64,000 nucleotides of DNA, taken from assembly GCA_951406725.2 (NCBI GenBank), contig OX597834.1, positions 45,694,001 through 45,758,000 on the forward strand. The letters are read 5' to 3'. This document shows, piece by piece, positions 43,755 to 59,209 of this stretch. The DNA comes from Octopus vulgaris. Its lineage: Eukaryota. The stretch's first letter is position 1; each line of letters begins with the position of its first letter. The notes beneath the pieces were generated by a model that saw nothing but the letters and a program-made list of their open reading frames with translations, ran no database searches and was not told the origin of the DNA. Position numbers and translations under genes: made by a program.

Positions 43755-44080
43755 CATCATCATCATCATCATCCAGTGTTATAAATCCGGGTTTTGTCTC
43801 CGATAACGGGGGTGGCTGAATCTACCCCAATGCCATATAACTCGCCTTCGCATTATCTCGCTATCTTGCCTTCTTTCGGGCCTCCTCTCGTCTCAAGCCA
43901 AACCTCCCTATCTCTTCTTCCACCTGTCTCCTCAACACATGCCCATCCCACCGCAATCCCTTCGCTCTTCCACCGATTAATCCAACCACATCAAGTCTTC
44001 AGCCCTCCTCTTATGAAACAGCTTCACTCCACACATTTCTCTCACCGTTGCTCTCTCGGTCCCAGTGAAAGTAAACTCTG
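43755..44080 (-). mobile_element. RTE LINE 3' end with (GAT)n tail
   Basis: Minus strand reads TERATVREMCGVKL..GLRWDGHVLRR..QVEEEIGRFGLRREEA, then the tail. Confidence 0.75.
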
Positions 44081-45567
44081 ATCATGAGAAATACTCTCAG
44101 TTTGCAACTCCACCAACACCCCTGAAGGTTCGTTTTTTTTTTATATAACTAAAGACACAGAAATAGTGCTCAATGTGACCGGTCAGCAAGATAGCTGATT
44201 AGGGAACACAAATGAATGTACCGCCATCAATTTCAACCCCAGCACACTTTTCATGTGCCCATTCCCTGCACAGCTAGCATTCAATCGAATTTTCCGTCGG
44301 GGGTTCTTGATAAAGTTCGTCACAGAAAATGCAATGGAAATCCTTGTCTGTCGTTTGCAATGTGCAGGCTGACGTCCATCTTGCCCCGGTTTCCCCGACA
44401 TATACACTATTGCATATTTGGTTTATGTCTATAAATACAAACATTTGGGTTTATAGGACTATATTATTATACACGTTTCATGTATGTATGTCTGAGAGGA
44501 AGAGAGAGACAGAGAGGGATAGAGAGAGACAGAGAGAAAGAGAAAAACAGACAGACAAAGAGAGTTAGAGCTGGCAGGGAAGAGAATAGAACACGCATCG
44601 GCAAATGTCTGATATATATTTATGCACATAAATATATAAATAAGTGTGTCTGTATCAGCGTAAATAATATATATCACATTGTATACGGTTGTTCATAACA
44701 TTTTTATATATTTGTATAAATATTCATATGTACGTGTGCTGATATATACTTATATATATATATCCACATAGACACACGTATTAATATACATCGATATATA
44801 TTTATATATATGTGTGTATGTGTGTGTGTGCGTGCGTGTGTGTGCGCAAGTGTATGAATGTATTTATGAATATACGTATGTCATGTACTTAAGTACATCA
44901 TCTGTCATTATGTTTCTCTGTTTATCTTAATCACTATATCAGATATATATTTAAAGTTATTAAATCCATATAAATTTCATACTTGTCTCTAATTTATTAT
45001 ATATCGAATGTCTTAATAGTGTTCAAACTCCAAAAATCAATTTTAGCGAATGGTTTACTAGTGCTAGACCTTCACCCATCCCACCACAGTCATTTGTGTA
45101 TCCGTATTTTGCTAACGTCTTTATTCATACCATTTTAAAGGTCATACTCGAGTGAGCTCCGTTTTAGTCGTTTGGTAGTTAATCTATAAGATGCAAATAG
45201 CTCGAAATCCTGTAAGTACCATCACACAGTGTTAATCTAAATAACTACGTTTTGATTTGATGTTAGACTTCGCCCCTTAATATTTGAGTCTTAGGGTATG
45301 TGTTTCTGAATATTGATAAATTAATGTCTGACGATTACATCTACCGTACATATTGCTATCGCATTTTACTTATCAGTCGACATATTTTCGTTTCAATTTC
45401 ACATGTTCCGCTTCCATTTTGTCCTGAAAAACAATGATATAGCAATCCTTAAACTATTCGCTGAGAAATGCTAAATATGAATATAAATATATATATATAT
45501 AATATTACACACACACACTCACACACACACACACACATACACATATATACATATATAAATAATAACT

Positions 45568-45800
45568 GCGCCCTTTTAAAGCCTAGCTAGGATCATGGGC
45601 CCGGTTTCCCGGTTTCAATGGCGTATGTGTTTCCCAGCTGGTCGAGACGCCAGTCCATCGCAGCGTCACTCGTTTTTGCCAGCTGAGTGGACTGGAGCAA
45701 CGTGAAATGAAGAACATAACACGTCGCCCTGTCCAGAAATCGAAACCACAATCTTACGATCATGATGCTGACACACTAACCGCTAAGCTACGCGCCTCAA
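45568..45800 (-). mobile_element. SINE with family C head and a different tail
   Basis: Shares TTTCACGTTGCTCCAGTCCACTCA..CAAAAA with 34551-34585, then diverges (GCGATGGACTGGCGTC..GAAACCGGGAAACCGGG). Confidence 0.8.
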
Positions 45801-46450
45801 CACACACACACACACACACACACACAACCACACGCGTGCGCACGCACACACACACGCGCGCGCACACACACACATATATATATATAGTGAAGTATATATT
45901 GCCACCGAAATATCTATGTATCCATCTACGTATCTACTTATATAAATAATAATCCCTATATCTATCTACCTATCTATCCACCTATCTCCCCCCCTCTCTC
46001 TCTCTCTCTCTCTCTCAATCTCATCGTTTGTCTGCTTTCTACCTCTCTTCCAATGCAAACAATCGTAATCATTTTCGATCTTCCCTGCCTAACCGTTTCA
46101 TATTTTATGATTTCAGAAATTACATTATCCCTATATTTTAAATTCACCTGTCGCAGCCGACTTCAGTGTTTCCCATTAATGCATCATATATAATATTCCA
46201 CTCACTCCATTCAGTTTTCTCTCAACCAGTGCCAGCCTATTTTTTCACTGTTTCATTCCTCTTCTTTCACTCCTCTCTAGAAAATTATGCGCACAATTGC
46301 CTGTTATTTAAATCGTGATTCTTTTCGTCGTCATTGCTTTACTGCGTTCTCTGTTTTTCTTCTCTTTTGTTATAACAGCCATCTTGTAGCATTGTATTCT
46401 TTGCAATCGCTCACATTTCTGCTATACGACAAAAGTTTATATATATAAAT

Positions 46451-46525
<75 letters not shown>

Positions 46526-46633
46526 TATATATATATATACATATATATATATATGTGTGTGTGTGTGTACGTGTGCGTACATATATATGCTTGTCTGTGT
46601 GCATGGGTATGTATATCTGTATGCATATATATG

Positions 46634-46677
<44 letters not shown>

Positions 46678-47650
46678 CACATATATATATATATATTTAG
46701 GGGTGTGTTTCTTTATGTGTATTTACACTTGTGTCAGTGTAATTGAGTGCACTCATTCATGTTTAAATATGTATATATCTACACATGCATGTGGACGTAT
46801 TTATACGCATAGGTTTGTGTGTGTAGAATACAGCTGTCTGGATTAACTATTTTGAATTGTTAAGACGAATGCAGAGGAAACACGGTGCAAACATCCTCAC
46901 CTACGTCTGATGTGGGACGACAAACGCACATGCATACATACACACAGACATACATACACATATATATACACATACGCATACAAACAAACACACTATTCAA
47001 ATATATAGTGCGACGAACAAAAATCTATAAAGGAATTTAAAACTTACTACAAAAGATTATTAACAGGCGGCAAAAATATAGGATTTTCTTACAGATTTTT
47101 TCGCTGTTTTGCTTTATTTTTTATGAATTTCCTCTGTTTTTCTTTCGTTTCATTTCAAATCTTTGCACTTATTTTATGCTTCTTTTGTGTTCCGTTTTTA
47201 TAAGTTGCTTTATTTAAATTATTTCATTCTTTACGAAATATATTTCCCTATTGTTTTGCGGACATTTTCATAGAACTTAGAAGCCATATTTCCCAGCATA
47301 TATCATCCATTTTGGCAAAACTCGCAGTGAAAGCCGTCTCACAGTGAGCTATAAATCTGTCGAAATTGCATCAACCAATGGCGTTTACAGTGACAACAAA
47401 GAAACCTCTGTGTGTCGACCGATATTATTACATGCAGCCAGAATTGTTTTCGGTTTTTGCAATCGTATTTATTTATTTATTTATTTATTCTTTTTTTTTT
47501 TGTTATATAAGAACAAATGCAGAAAAAGACAAACCTTTGAACGCTGGTTTGTCGATAAAGGAATAACTTTGTGATCTAACATCACTAACACGCACTCAAA
47601 GAAGTCATCGATGATTACGCATACACGCACACCAAAGATATGCTTAGATA

Positions 47651-47713
<63 letters not shown>

Positions 47714-47864
47714 ATGTATGTATATATATATCTGTATATATATGCGTCTGTATGTATGTATATCTATCTATTTATACTTATATATATATGTATATATACA
47801 TGTGTATATATATAAATATATATATACGTATGTATATATATATCTATATCTATCTATCTATCTT

Positions 47865-47928
<64 letters not shown>

Positions 47929-48238
47929 CACATATATACACATGTATGTGTATATATGTATGTTTGTATGCATGTACTTATGTATATATAGAAGAAAGAG
48001 AAAAAGGAAAAAATATGCGTAATTACATAGCCTGCACTCATATGTATAGGCATAAATATCCATTTGGAACAGGAAACACTCACAGACACAAACGCAGTTA
48101 TACACACACACACATCACACGCAGTCACACACACACACACGCACTCATACACACACATATAACCAAATGCTTTATGCATATTTTTATATATAATTTAATA
48201 CATACATGTGGATACAGACTCACATACGTGTATATACC

Positions 48239-48293
<55 letters not shown>

Positions 48294-48310
48294 ATATATA
48301 TGTATGTATG

Positions 48311-48416
<106 letters not shown>

Positions 48417-48950
48417 AGAGAGAGAGATAGAGAGATGTTTACAGACGTAGTTGCATAGGTGTGCAGAGGTACACACTCGTATATACAAGTTTTTCCATCA
48501 GCCTGCATGCATATGTGTGTGTGTGTGTGCATGTGTGTGTGTGTGTGTGCATGTGTGTGTGTGTGTGTGTATTAGAGAGAGCGCGTGAGATGTACCGAGT
48601 AAGTTTTTGCAGGTTTCTGCAGAATTTTTGTCTGTGCCTGTATCAAGTATGAATACCCACCATTGAACCAACTCATCTCTCTTCCGCTCGTTCGTCTGGA
48701 ACACAGTGTTACGTAATGGCAGCAGCTTCGTGACTCTTCTCAATATTTCTCTTTGCCGCCGCCGCTGCTGCTGCTACCTATCAACGGGAAAACGGTCAGG
48801 AGACAGGCTATAAACCCGGGTGTCTTGTGCCGTGTAAATTTATTACACCGTGCTCAACTATAGGCATAAATTGACAACATCAAATCCGTATGTCAGGTCC
48901 AATAGCATATTGGCTCTTATGCAACTATATATACGTGCATCTCTGTATCG

Positions 48951-49017
<67 letters not shown>

Positions 49018-49549
49018 CATCTTTCTATCTATCTATCTATCTACCTATCTACCTATCTATCTATCTATTATCTATCTGTCCATCTATCTATCTATCTACC
49101 TATCTATCTTGTGCTCTCCTACAACTTTTTAATTTTGAACCTGACTTCTCAGGGGGGGGGGGCTTTGTATTATCGCACAGACGCGCCATATTAAGATCTC
49201 GCTGGCAGCCATTAGCTGCTCGAGACCGGAGCGTGATCTCAAAAATTCCCGGTGGGCATGCACAATGAGACAGTAAGCCTTTCGAGAAGGACACCTAAGA
49301 CAGCTCTTGAGCTTGTTTATTCTCTCTGTTCCCCGAACGCCTCTCACGCTAGAAGCAGCTCGTCTCGCTGCCTCTCACACACAATACGGAGAACAATACA
49401 CTACGCTAGAGATGGTTAACGAGAGCGAAACTTCGAGCCTGTAAATAAATGTTATTCGGGTTTGTTATCTCACTTTGTCTTCGACTTGGACACGATTTAA
49501 CTTCATAATGGGAGACACAAGATACCCTACAAGCAGTAGGGTATCTTGT

Positions 49550-49570
49550 AGTAGCAGTAGTAGTAGTAAT

Positions 49571-49605
<35 letters not shown>

Positions 49606-49707
49606 AAGTAGTAGTGGAAGCGCGGAAACAACAGCAGTATTAGAAGCAAGAATACCATCGTTCGTTCCGGCGTAGTGATGATAGTAGTGGAAGTAGTGGC
49701 TGCACCG

Positions 49708-49738
<31 letters not shown>

Positions 49739-49770
49739 TAGTAGTTGTTGTTGTTGTTAGTTATTGTTGT
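49550..49770. repeat. (TAG/CAG/TTG)n compound repeat
   Basis: Visible. Confidence 0.8.
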
Positions 49771-50344
49771 TGATTAGTAGTTGCTTGATTTGTCACACAT
49801 CTCCTCATCCTGGTTTAGTAGAGAATCATTATCTTTCAAAGTTCACCATCGACACTAACAACAACACTACGCTCACCACGTTTCATTTTGGTCTCATTTG
49901 TTTTTTGTTTTTTTTTTGGGGGGGCTGTTTTGCTTATTTTTATTTCAAGAAACCGACTCTGTCGTTGTTGTTGTCGTCGTCAGCGTCATCTTCGATCTCC
50001 ACAGTTCAGTTTCAATGTTAAAACCGACTGCGACGCTGGCAACGGCGGCTTTTTCAGACATCGTATCCTTTGATGAATGTTGGCAAAGCTAATATCAACG
50101 ATTCATTAACATGTCTATCTGCTGGTTTTGTGACGAGCTTTTAATGTTTGTGTTAACATATGTTGGTGTTTATTCACAAATAAATATATAATTACAGCAT
50201 GCTACCTGTTTGATGGCTTGCTTTCTTCTGGCCGGTTGTGTTTGTTTGTCTTCTGTTTTTTCACAGATTATTTTTGTGGATTTTGTGGCGGCAAAAAATT
50301 TGTAGCCAGATGAATGTTTTCTTGTTTTATTATTATTATTATTC

Positions 50345-51175
50345 TGTTTGACTTTTGCTTTATATTTGTACAAGTTGGCTCCAAGTCTCACCCAGAGACC
50401 TCAAGAGACAACAGGTTGTAAGTTCATGTTGTTGTTATGCCTAGTGTGCCATATTTTTTTTTTTGGGGGGGAGAGTTTTTGGTGTTGTACTAATGAATGT
50501 CTAAAAAAAAAAGTTTTTTTTTTTTTTAAACCGAAAATTATGTTTGTTTTAAACCTTGAGATTACATAGAAAGTATTTTGCGTAGGATATGAGCAATTCC
50601 CATGAGCACTATCTTTTGAATTTCTGCCATTTTGGGGTTTCCTGGTATCTGAGTTAGGTAGCTATCAGCCCCTTTTGCTATCATTCCCAGGGCACCTATG
50701 ACAACAGGTATTGTTTTAGTCTTCAGGTTCCACATTTTGCTGATTTCTATTTCCAGATCTTTATATTTGCTCAGTTTTTGGTAGGTCTTGACAGATACGT
50801 TTATATCGATTGGGACAGTCATATCAATGAGGAGGCATGTTCTTTGTTTGAAGTCTTTCAATATGATGGCTGGCCTATTTGCATCTATTTTTCTGTCAGT
50901 TTGAATGGTGAAGTTCCAGAGGAGTGAGATCTGGTCATTTTCAAGCACTGGGGGTGGTTTGTGTTCCCACCAGTTTTTGTCATTGGGCAAATCCAGGTTT
51001 TTGCAGATTACCCAGTGAATATATTGTGCAGCTCTATCGTGTCTGTTGAGATACTCTGTAGGCGCTAGAAGACTGCACTTGGAGACCACATGATCAATGG
51101 TTTCATTTTGTTGCTGGCATACACGACACGTTGGACTGCTTCTGATCTTTAATATGTTGGCCTGGTAGTTTCTTG

Positions 51176-51177
<2 letters not shown>
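50345..51177 (-). mobile_element. 5'-truncated R4/Dong-like non-LTR retrotransposon (RLE clade)
   Basis: CCHC knuckle CRVC..ETIDHVVSKC, RHD motif and restriction-like endonuclease (RPAI..LIDMTVP..K..KY.DL); 3' UTR; (TAA)n on both sides. Confidence 0.9.
50562..51177 (-). pseudogene. Open C-terminal fragment of the retrotransposon ORF (zinc knuckle + RLE)
   Basis: ORF track 50562..51293; its N-terminal poly-N is flanking microsatellite; the PD motif reads PA. Confidence 0.85.
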
Positions 51178-51220
<43 letters not shown>

Positions 51221-51589
51221 CATTATTATTATTGTCGTCGTCGTTGTTGTCATTATTCTTATTCCTCTTATTTTGAGGAAAAATAAACACCAACTGATGT
51301 TTTCGTATTTAATATATCAGTTATAACAATAAAAAAAAATATAGGACAGTTTTGGATCACTGAAAATCCTACATTTTCAAAGATTTATATGATTCTATCC
51401 GATTTGTATAACTCCCTTAGCTTTTGAATTCTAGATGCTCTTTGTGAATCTCTTTAATGTGACGCAACGGAACTATTATTTGATAAGTGTCGTTTATGAT
51501 GATACACCGACATTGGCAGACAGTAATCAGGAATAAGATAAGAAGGAATTCTTGATGTTGTAAAAGAGCAATTTAAAAAAAAAATTTTT

Positions 51590-51790
51590 CCGTCACTAAA
51601 CTAGAGCCATACTGGCAAACCATGTTCAAGGGCTTTAGTCGAAGGAATCGAGCGCAGCCCTTTTGTTTTAAGTCTAGTGGTTACTCTATTGTTTTCATGC
51701 ACCAAAACAGTCAGATAACGGGACGTAGACAAACCACAAGCTGATGTATAGCAGTAGTGGGGACAACTGCAGAGACAAACACACAGATAT
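51590..51790 (-). mobile_element. SINE A diverged 3' half
   Basis: TTTAGTCGAA, GGGACGTAGACAAACC, GGGGACAA motifs. Confidence 0.6.
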
Positions 51791-51959
51791 ATGTGGTTTT
51801 CGAGTCAAGTTTTAGCTGCTATTTCCAGCGTGTTGGTATCTCTGAGATACCCTAAATTATAATTTTAATAATAATTATTTCTTTGAAGATTTCTATTACC
51901 ATGCTGGCCACTTGAAAAGATCAATATTTAGATTAACGATCCTATCCTTATATATATTT

Positions 51960-52125
51960 TGTTTTTCTCTGTCTTCCCTTCTCTGGATCTTTCCTTCTCC
52001 TATGTTTCCGACGATGTGCTCCGCTGGAAACGTTAAACCCTCCTTCTTTCCTGAGCTCCAATAATACTATATTTGTTCCACGTCCTCGCGTTGTTGTGTT
52101 TTTTTGTGCTTTCTTGTTTGGATTA

Positions 52126-52130
<5 letters not shown>
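51960..52130 (+). mobile_element. Penelope-like terminus with degenerate hammerhead motif
   Basis: GTTT-CCGACGA..GAAAC-GTT-AAAC at 52004-52038. Confidence 0.5.
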
Positions 52131-52213
<83 letters not shown>

Positions 52214-52569
52214 TGTATGTATTTTACATTTATAGAAAACAAAGACGAACCCAAGTGCAGGAAGAACAAGCGAGTGTATTAGTTTGATGCTCGTGAAAAA
52301 TAGAAAATTCTTTTACGTTTCAAGGATATGCTCTCCGAAAGAAAGGAATAATCTTAGAACTCAAAGAGGAACACATAGGCAAGAAAGGAATGAAAGGCAA
52401 AGTTGACCACGGTGAGAATTGAACTCAGAACGTAAGGAGTCGCAAGTAATGCCGTACGTGATTCTGCCAATACAGGGTGAGTTGGTAGTTAATAAGCGAC
52501 TATAAAACGTTATCTAGCATACGGTTCTGTTAAGATTTAAGTTATGTAACATTATTTCTATTGAACGTA

Positions 52570-53115
52570 ATACACGACATAATCTACAATACAGACAGAC
52601 ACACACCAAACGACAGTTAATAAGAGATGAGAGACATCTATCCACACAACATTTATAGCGTCCCTAATACAAAGCACTGATAAACTATGGAACGAAATAC
52701 ATGACATAATCTACAATAAACAAAAAAATTACAGTTCTAATGGACGACATAATCTTTTGGACATACAACGTTTATATTAGTCCTAAGACAATTGATTGAT
52801 AAACTATGGAAACAAATCAGAGATATAATCTATAACAAACATAATCTTCATATTATTCAAAAGACGAATCGCTGATAAACTATGGAAACAAATATACGAC
52901 GTAAATCTTTTATCGGCCTAACATTTATATTATTCATAGGAGTATTGAATGCTGACCTATCGAATGAAATCAAAGACGTTATCAATTATAATACAACATC
53001 TTTATTATATGTTAGACAATTAACTGATAAACGTTGACTTAAATTGAAGGCATAATCGATATCGATAAATTATTTATACTATTTATATTATACTTCAGAC
53101 AATTGATAAATATAA
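52570..53115. repeat. Degenerate tandem repeat
   Basis: TGATAAACTATGGAA at about 52678, 52797 and 52873; GACATAATCT recurs. Confidence 0.7.
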
Positions 53116-53140
53116 ACCTTGACGTGATATACATACACAG

Positions 53141-53239
<99 letters not shown>

Positions 53240-53390
53240 TGGGTGCGGACAAACAGACACATCACATAAAATTGTGGAATTCACACAAATCAATTGGTGT
53301 ATTCCTTTCTTTCTTAGTCTCTTTCTCTCAAGTCCAACTATATTCACTTCTCTCTTATTTTTCTCTGTGTGTGTGTTTGTGTGTGTGTCA

Positions 53391-53439
<49 letters not shown>

Positions 53440-53639
53440 ATTTTATCTGTTTCCCACTCTCTTTGTGCCTCTCTCCATAAATATATGTATACAAGTATAT
53501 ATATACACACATATAAATATATATATATATAAGCATATAAATATAGATATACGCGCACACATACACAAATACACAGGCTCCAGGACGATTTCAGAGTATT
53601 ACCATCTTTACTTCCTACTCCTGTGCAGATACATGATTT

Positions 53640-54300
53640 AGAATATCTTGTCGCCACATTTCTAGCAATGTTTCTTTCAAATCAGGACGTGTAGTCCTAG
53701 GTACACCATGCCATCCTATACCATGCTCCACTTATAAGAGTGTGTGCATAATGTCTGAACGTAATTCCAGATAGGGCTGCTGAGCTGGGTTTAAACTGTA
53801 CTTGTAAGAAATCGTTCTATATTCTAGAAATAACTGAGATTTCTTTTGAATTATTTTACCCTGTTTGAAAATGAGCGCAGAATTCAACAACATAACCCTA
53901 GAAATAGTGCTTAAAGACCCACAACCACCACCATTACACCCTAACATAAAAGAGTAAGTGTTTTCGGCAGACGGTCTTTGTATAATGTCTGCTGGTTCAA
54001 GACTGAAGTTATTACAATAACAATCACAACGGTCACCACTGCAATAGCAGCTGAAGCAACAATCCAAATTCTTATTTATCTCCCAAACTAACAAACGATC
54101 ATATCGTAATAGCTTCGATTACAGAGTCGTCGAAGATATATGAGCCGCCATGAAATCGAAATTGACATTTCGGAACAAATCTTTGATAGAGAAAAGGCAC
54201 GCTTGGTATACAACATAATCCTATGAAGGTCACGTTGAATCGTGACGCGATTCTCCCCATCTGTCTTTTTAGCTGTATCCTCCAAAAGGTTTCCATAAAT
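53640..54300 (-). pseudogene. Very degraded Tc1-like transposase
   Basis: GENRVTIQRDLHRI..SKICSEMSISIS..RRL resembles the GRPR-HTH region; a GGG motif lies downstream. Confidence 0.35.
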
Positions 54301-54504
54301 AGAATCCCTGATATGTGTAGCTTTTCAATAGAAAGAGCCTTCAACGAAAAGACGTGTTGTCGTTCTGGGAAACACGCCTTTATGTACACACTCTCATGCA
54401 CTTATGAGTGTGTGTGAGTGTGTATATATATATATATATGTATGAATTTCAGTCAAACATACATAAATACATAATCCACACACATGTATGTTTATATATA
54501 TACA

Positions 54505-54582
<78 letters not shown>

Positions 54583-54904
54583 TATGTGTGTGTGCGCGCA
54601 CATGTATGTGCTTATACTTATGTACACATGCACCCAATCATATGCAGAGAAAAAGGAAAAAGTTTGCCAGTGAATTTTAAATTCGATTTCCTGGCATGCA
54701 TTCTCTCCATCTCGCAAACGATAGATTGGGTGCCAAAGAATCAGAACCACTCTCAGACTTTTCAACATAGTCTTATGGAAGTTTCTAAATAATATACTAT
54801 ACATATACGTATTCAATAACGTTTTAACAACATACTAAATTATGCTAATATATAACTTCACATATACAAACACTCACACACACATATGTATATATATATA
54901 TATA

Positions 54905-55666
54905 CTCTTTTACTCTTTTACTCTTTTACTTGTTTCAGCCATCCGGCTGAGGCCATGCTGGGACACCGCCCTTGTTGCTACCCTCTCTAAGTCCAGTTTG
55001 CCGTGGCTGGCCACTGATCTAAGAGAGAGTTTGTAGCTGCTGCCCTTAGGTTACCTTCGTACCTTGCAGTGGGTTCATCTGGGATCCCGGAAAGCAGCTT
55101 GTCTAGATGTTTTTTGAAAATGTCCACATCCGCATCATGTAGATCTCTTAGTTTTCTTGGCAGTTTGTTGAAAAGCTGAGGGCCCCTGAACCCCAGGCTA
55201 TTACAGTATCTGCTCCTTACCCTGGATGTGGAAGACGGGACCTTTGGCACCACACAGTGACGTCCTGTACGGGGATTGGAACAGCTCTCAATTCCAAAAT
55301 TTGGTGCTAGTCCCTCCAGGATTTTCCATATGTATATCACTGCATATCTCTCTCGTCTTCGTTCCAAGGAGTACAAATTGAGTTCCCTAAGCCTCTCCCA
55401 ATAGTTCTTTTCTTTCATGGTGGAAATCCTCTTGGTGAAATGTCTTTGGATTGTCTCAAGCTCTGTGGTTAGTTTGACACTATGCGGTGACCACAGTTGG
55501 GAGCAGTAGTCCAGGCGGCTTAGGACAAATGTCCTCCATAGTGTCAACATGGTCTCGCAGTCTCTTGTCCGGAATGTCCTCAGGATCCAGCCAGTGAGTC
55601 GTCTGCACATTGTCGCCACCTTCGCGATGTGTGAAGAAAAAGATGCATCGTCACTCATGTGACACA
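54905..55666 (-). mobile_element. 5'-truncated CR1-group LINE; ORF2 C-terminus open at 54987-55667; (GTAAAAGA)n tail
   Basis: LSRLDYCSQLWSPH, LETIQRHFTK, YWERLRELNLYSLERRRER, FNKLP..FKKHLD motifs. Confidence 0.9.
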
Positions 55667-55695
55667 TCAGTGTGTCACATATATATGTATATAAA

Positions 55696-55764
<69 letters not shown>

Positions 55765-56651
55765 TATATACACGTGTGTGTATGTGTATATACAGGTGTG
55801 TATGTATGTATATGTGTACGTATGTAGTTAGGTATATACTAAAACAAGTAACTAGAATTTTTTTCTTTTAATTATTGGTATTATGTATTCTGCATCACAT
55901 ACGTTTCGTTACTAACACGAGTTACTAATAGAAGTGAAACGTCTCGTATTTCTAATTCTCCAAACCGAGGATTGACCTAGTATTGAAATAATATAAATAA
56001 TATCTAATATTAAAATAATGATAATTAAAATAATATATATAACTAATTCTCAATCTGAAGAAAAGCTGATATATGTTTTATATGTTTTTCTATTTTATTT
56101 TATATAATTTTTTTATATATATAATTGGATAAGTTTATTAGTAATGGACCATGTAATGCGGAATAATTTATACCTAACAATTTTTTTCCAGTGTCCTGTT
56201 ATAATTGGTAATTAATCAATGACTATTATTTCCAGCATTTTACAGTATTTTCAAATTTCTTATATAATAAATATTCGGGATATTCAATTCTGCTTCATCA
56301 CGTGACAGCGTCGATCATAACCATGTCTACATATTATATAAAGATGTGTATGAGTGTGCGTGTGGTTGCATGTGTGCGTATGTGTGTGTGTGATTCTATT
56401 ATTTTTACTCCTTTCTTTCATTTTTTCTTGTCTCTTTTTGTTGGTTTTGTTACTTTTTACATAACTTATTTCTTTTGTTGTCTTCTTTTCTTTCATATTT
56501 TTTCCTCTTTGTCGATTTAGCATATTTTCCTCCGCTGTCATACACTAGGGCAGGAATCTTTATATATACATGCGTATATTCCATCGTGTCTTCAATCGTA
56601 ACTTGCCTGAAAATGCAGAAGCGACGCTCACGTTAGGAACACACAAACACA

Positions 56652-59209
<2,558 letters not shown>

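Noticed and set aside
49166-49504. Solo LTR (TG...CA with AATAAA)
   Set aside because: No TSD, PBS or PPT seen; kept only as an unexplained unique island.
52570-53115. CRISPR-like repeat/spacer appearance
   Set aside because: Repeats are degenerate and irregularly spaced, spacers resemble each other, the context is eukaryotic and there are no cas genes.
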